From contig NC_091997.1 of NCBI RefSeq assembly GCF_044704955.1, forward strand, positions 15,500,001 to 15,564,000: a stretch of DNA of 64,000 nt, in the 5' to 3' direction. Numbering within the stretch: the first letter of the stretch is position 1; every line of letters starts with the position of its first letter. This document shows positions 62,680 through 64,000 of the stretch, piece by piece. Below the pieces are notes generated by a model. The model was not told the DNA's origin. It searched no databases and worked only from the letters and a program-made list of their open reading frames with translations. The position numbers and the translations under genes were made by a program. This stretch comes from Pristiophorus japonicus. Its lineage: Eukaryota.

Positions 62680-64000
62680 ATTTATTCCTGGGATATGGGA
62701 GTCACTGGCAAGGCCAGCATTTATTGCCCATCCTTAATTGCCTTTGAGAAGGTGGTGAGCCGCCTTCCAGGATTTTGACCCAGAGACGATGAAGGAAGAG
62801 TATGTAACTTGGAGGGGAACTTGCAGGTGGTGTTCCCATACGTGTGTTGCCCTTGTTCTTCTTGATGGTAGAGATCACGGGTTTGGGAGTTGCTGTCAAA
62901 GAAGCCTTGGCAAATTGCTGCAGTGCATCTTGTAGGTGGTACACACTGCAACCACGGTGCGCCAGTGGTGGAGGGAGTGAATGTTTATTGTGGTGGATGG
63001 GGTGCCAATCAAGTGGGTTGCTTTTTCCTGGATAGTGTTGAGCTTCTTGAGTGTTGTTAGAGCTGCACTCATCCAGGCAAGTGGAGAGCATTCCATCACA
63101 CTCCTGACTTGTGCCTTGTAGATGGTGGAAAGGCTTTAGGGACTCAGGATATGAGACACTCGCCACAGAATACCCAGCCTCTGACCTGCTCTTGTTGCCA
63201 CAATATTTATATGGCTGGTCCAGTTAAATTTCTGGTCAATGGTGACCCAAAGGATATTGATGGTGGGGGTTTCGGCGATGGTAATGCCGTTGAATGTCAA
63301 GGGGCAGTGGTTCGACTCTCTTTTGTTGGAAATAGTCATTGCCTGGCACTTGTGTGGCACAAATTTTACTTGTCACTTATCAGCCCAAGCCTGAATGTCA
63401 TCCAGGTTTTGTTGCATGCGAGCATGGACTGCTTCAATATCTGGGGAGTTGCGAACGGAACTGAACATTGTGCAGTCATCAACGAACATCCTCACTTCCG
63501 ACCTGACGATGGAAGGAAAGACATTGGTAAAGCAGCTGAAGATGGTTGAGCCTAGAACACTGCCCTGAGGAACTCCTGCAGCGATGACCTCCAACAACCA
63601 CAACCATCTTCCTTTGTGCTAGGTATGACTCCCGCCAGTGAAGAGGTTTCCCCCCTGATTCCCATTGACTTCAATTTTACTGGGGCTCCTTGATGCCACA
63701 CTTGGTCAAATACTGCCTTGATATCAAGGGCAGTCACTCTCACCTTACCTCTGGAATTCAGCTGTTTTGTTATGTTTGGACCAAGGCTGTAATGAGGTCT
63801 GGAGCTGAGTGGTCCTGGCAGAACCCAAACTGAGCTTCAGTGATCAGGTTATTGGTGAGTAAGTGCTGCTTGATAGCACTGTCGATGACACCTTCCATCA
63901 CTTTGATGATGATTGAGAGTAGACTAATGGAGCGGTAATTGGCTGGATTGGATTTGTCCTGCTTTTTGTGGACAAGACAAACCTGGGCAGTTTTCCACAT
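62680..64000 (-). mobile_element. Second CR1-group LINE family (RT to 3' end), runs off the window edge
   Basis: VHKKQDKSNPANYRSISLLS, ALDIKAVFDQVWH, GVPQGSVLG, MFVDD. Confidence 0.9.

Noticed and set aside
1-64000. CRISPR array, rRNA or bona fide tRNA genes
   Set aside because: No repeat-spacer structure or rRNA was seen. The tRNA-like A/B boxes belong to SINE heads.

Overview
This is eukaryotic, repeat-saturated DNA, most likely from a cartilaginous fish (shark). That is inferred from CR1 LINEs with (ATAGAAAC)n/(ATAAGAAC)n tails, Deu-domain tRNA-SINEs and PIF/Harbinger elements. I found no intact host gene. Most of the window is transposon-derived: many CR1 copies, L2, RTE, a second CR1-group LINE, a two-LTR Ty3/Gypsy element, a solo LTR, Harbinger transposase/Myb remnants, MITEs and SINEs, often nested 2-3 deep. 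Main observation: once the transposons are removed, nearly all the remaining unique backbone reads, always on the + strand, as decayed (stops and frameshifts) capsid (Gag) and RdRp (Pol) genes resembling L-A-type totiviruses (dsRNA). The pieces fall in collinear order and define about five head-to-tail, mutually divergent viral genome copies: pol | gag-pol | gag | gag-pol | gag(duplicated)-pol. This looks like an old, strand-polarised array of endogenous dsRNA-virus genomes in a vertebrate. The viral assignment rests on by-eye motif alignment to my recollection of the yeast L-A Gag/Pol sequences, so it needs confirmation by profile search. Most boundaries are approximate.
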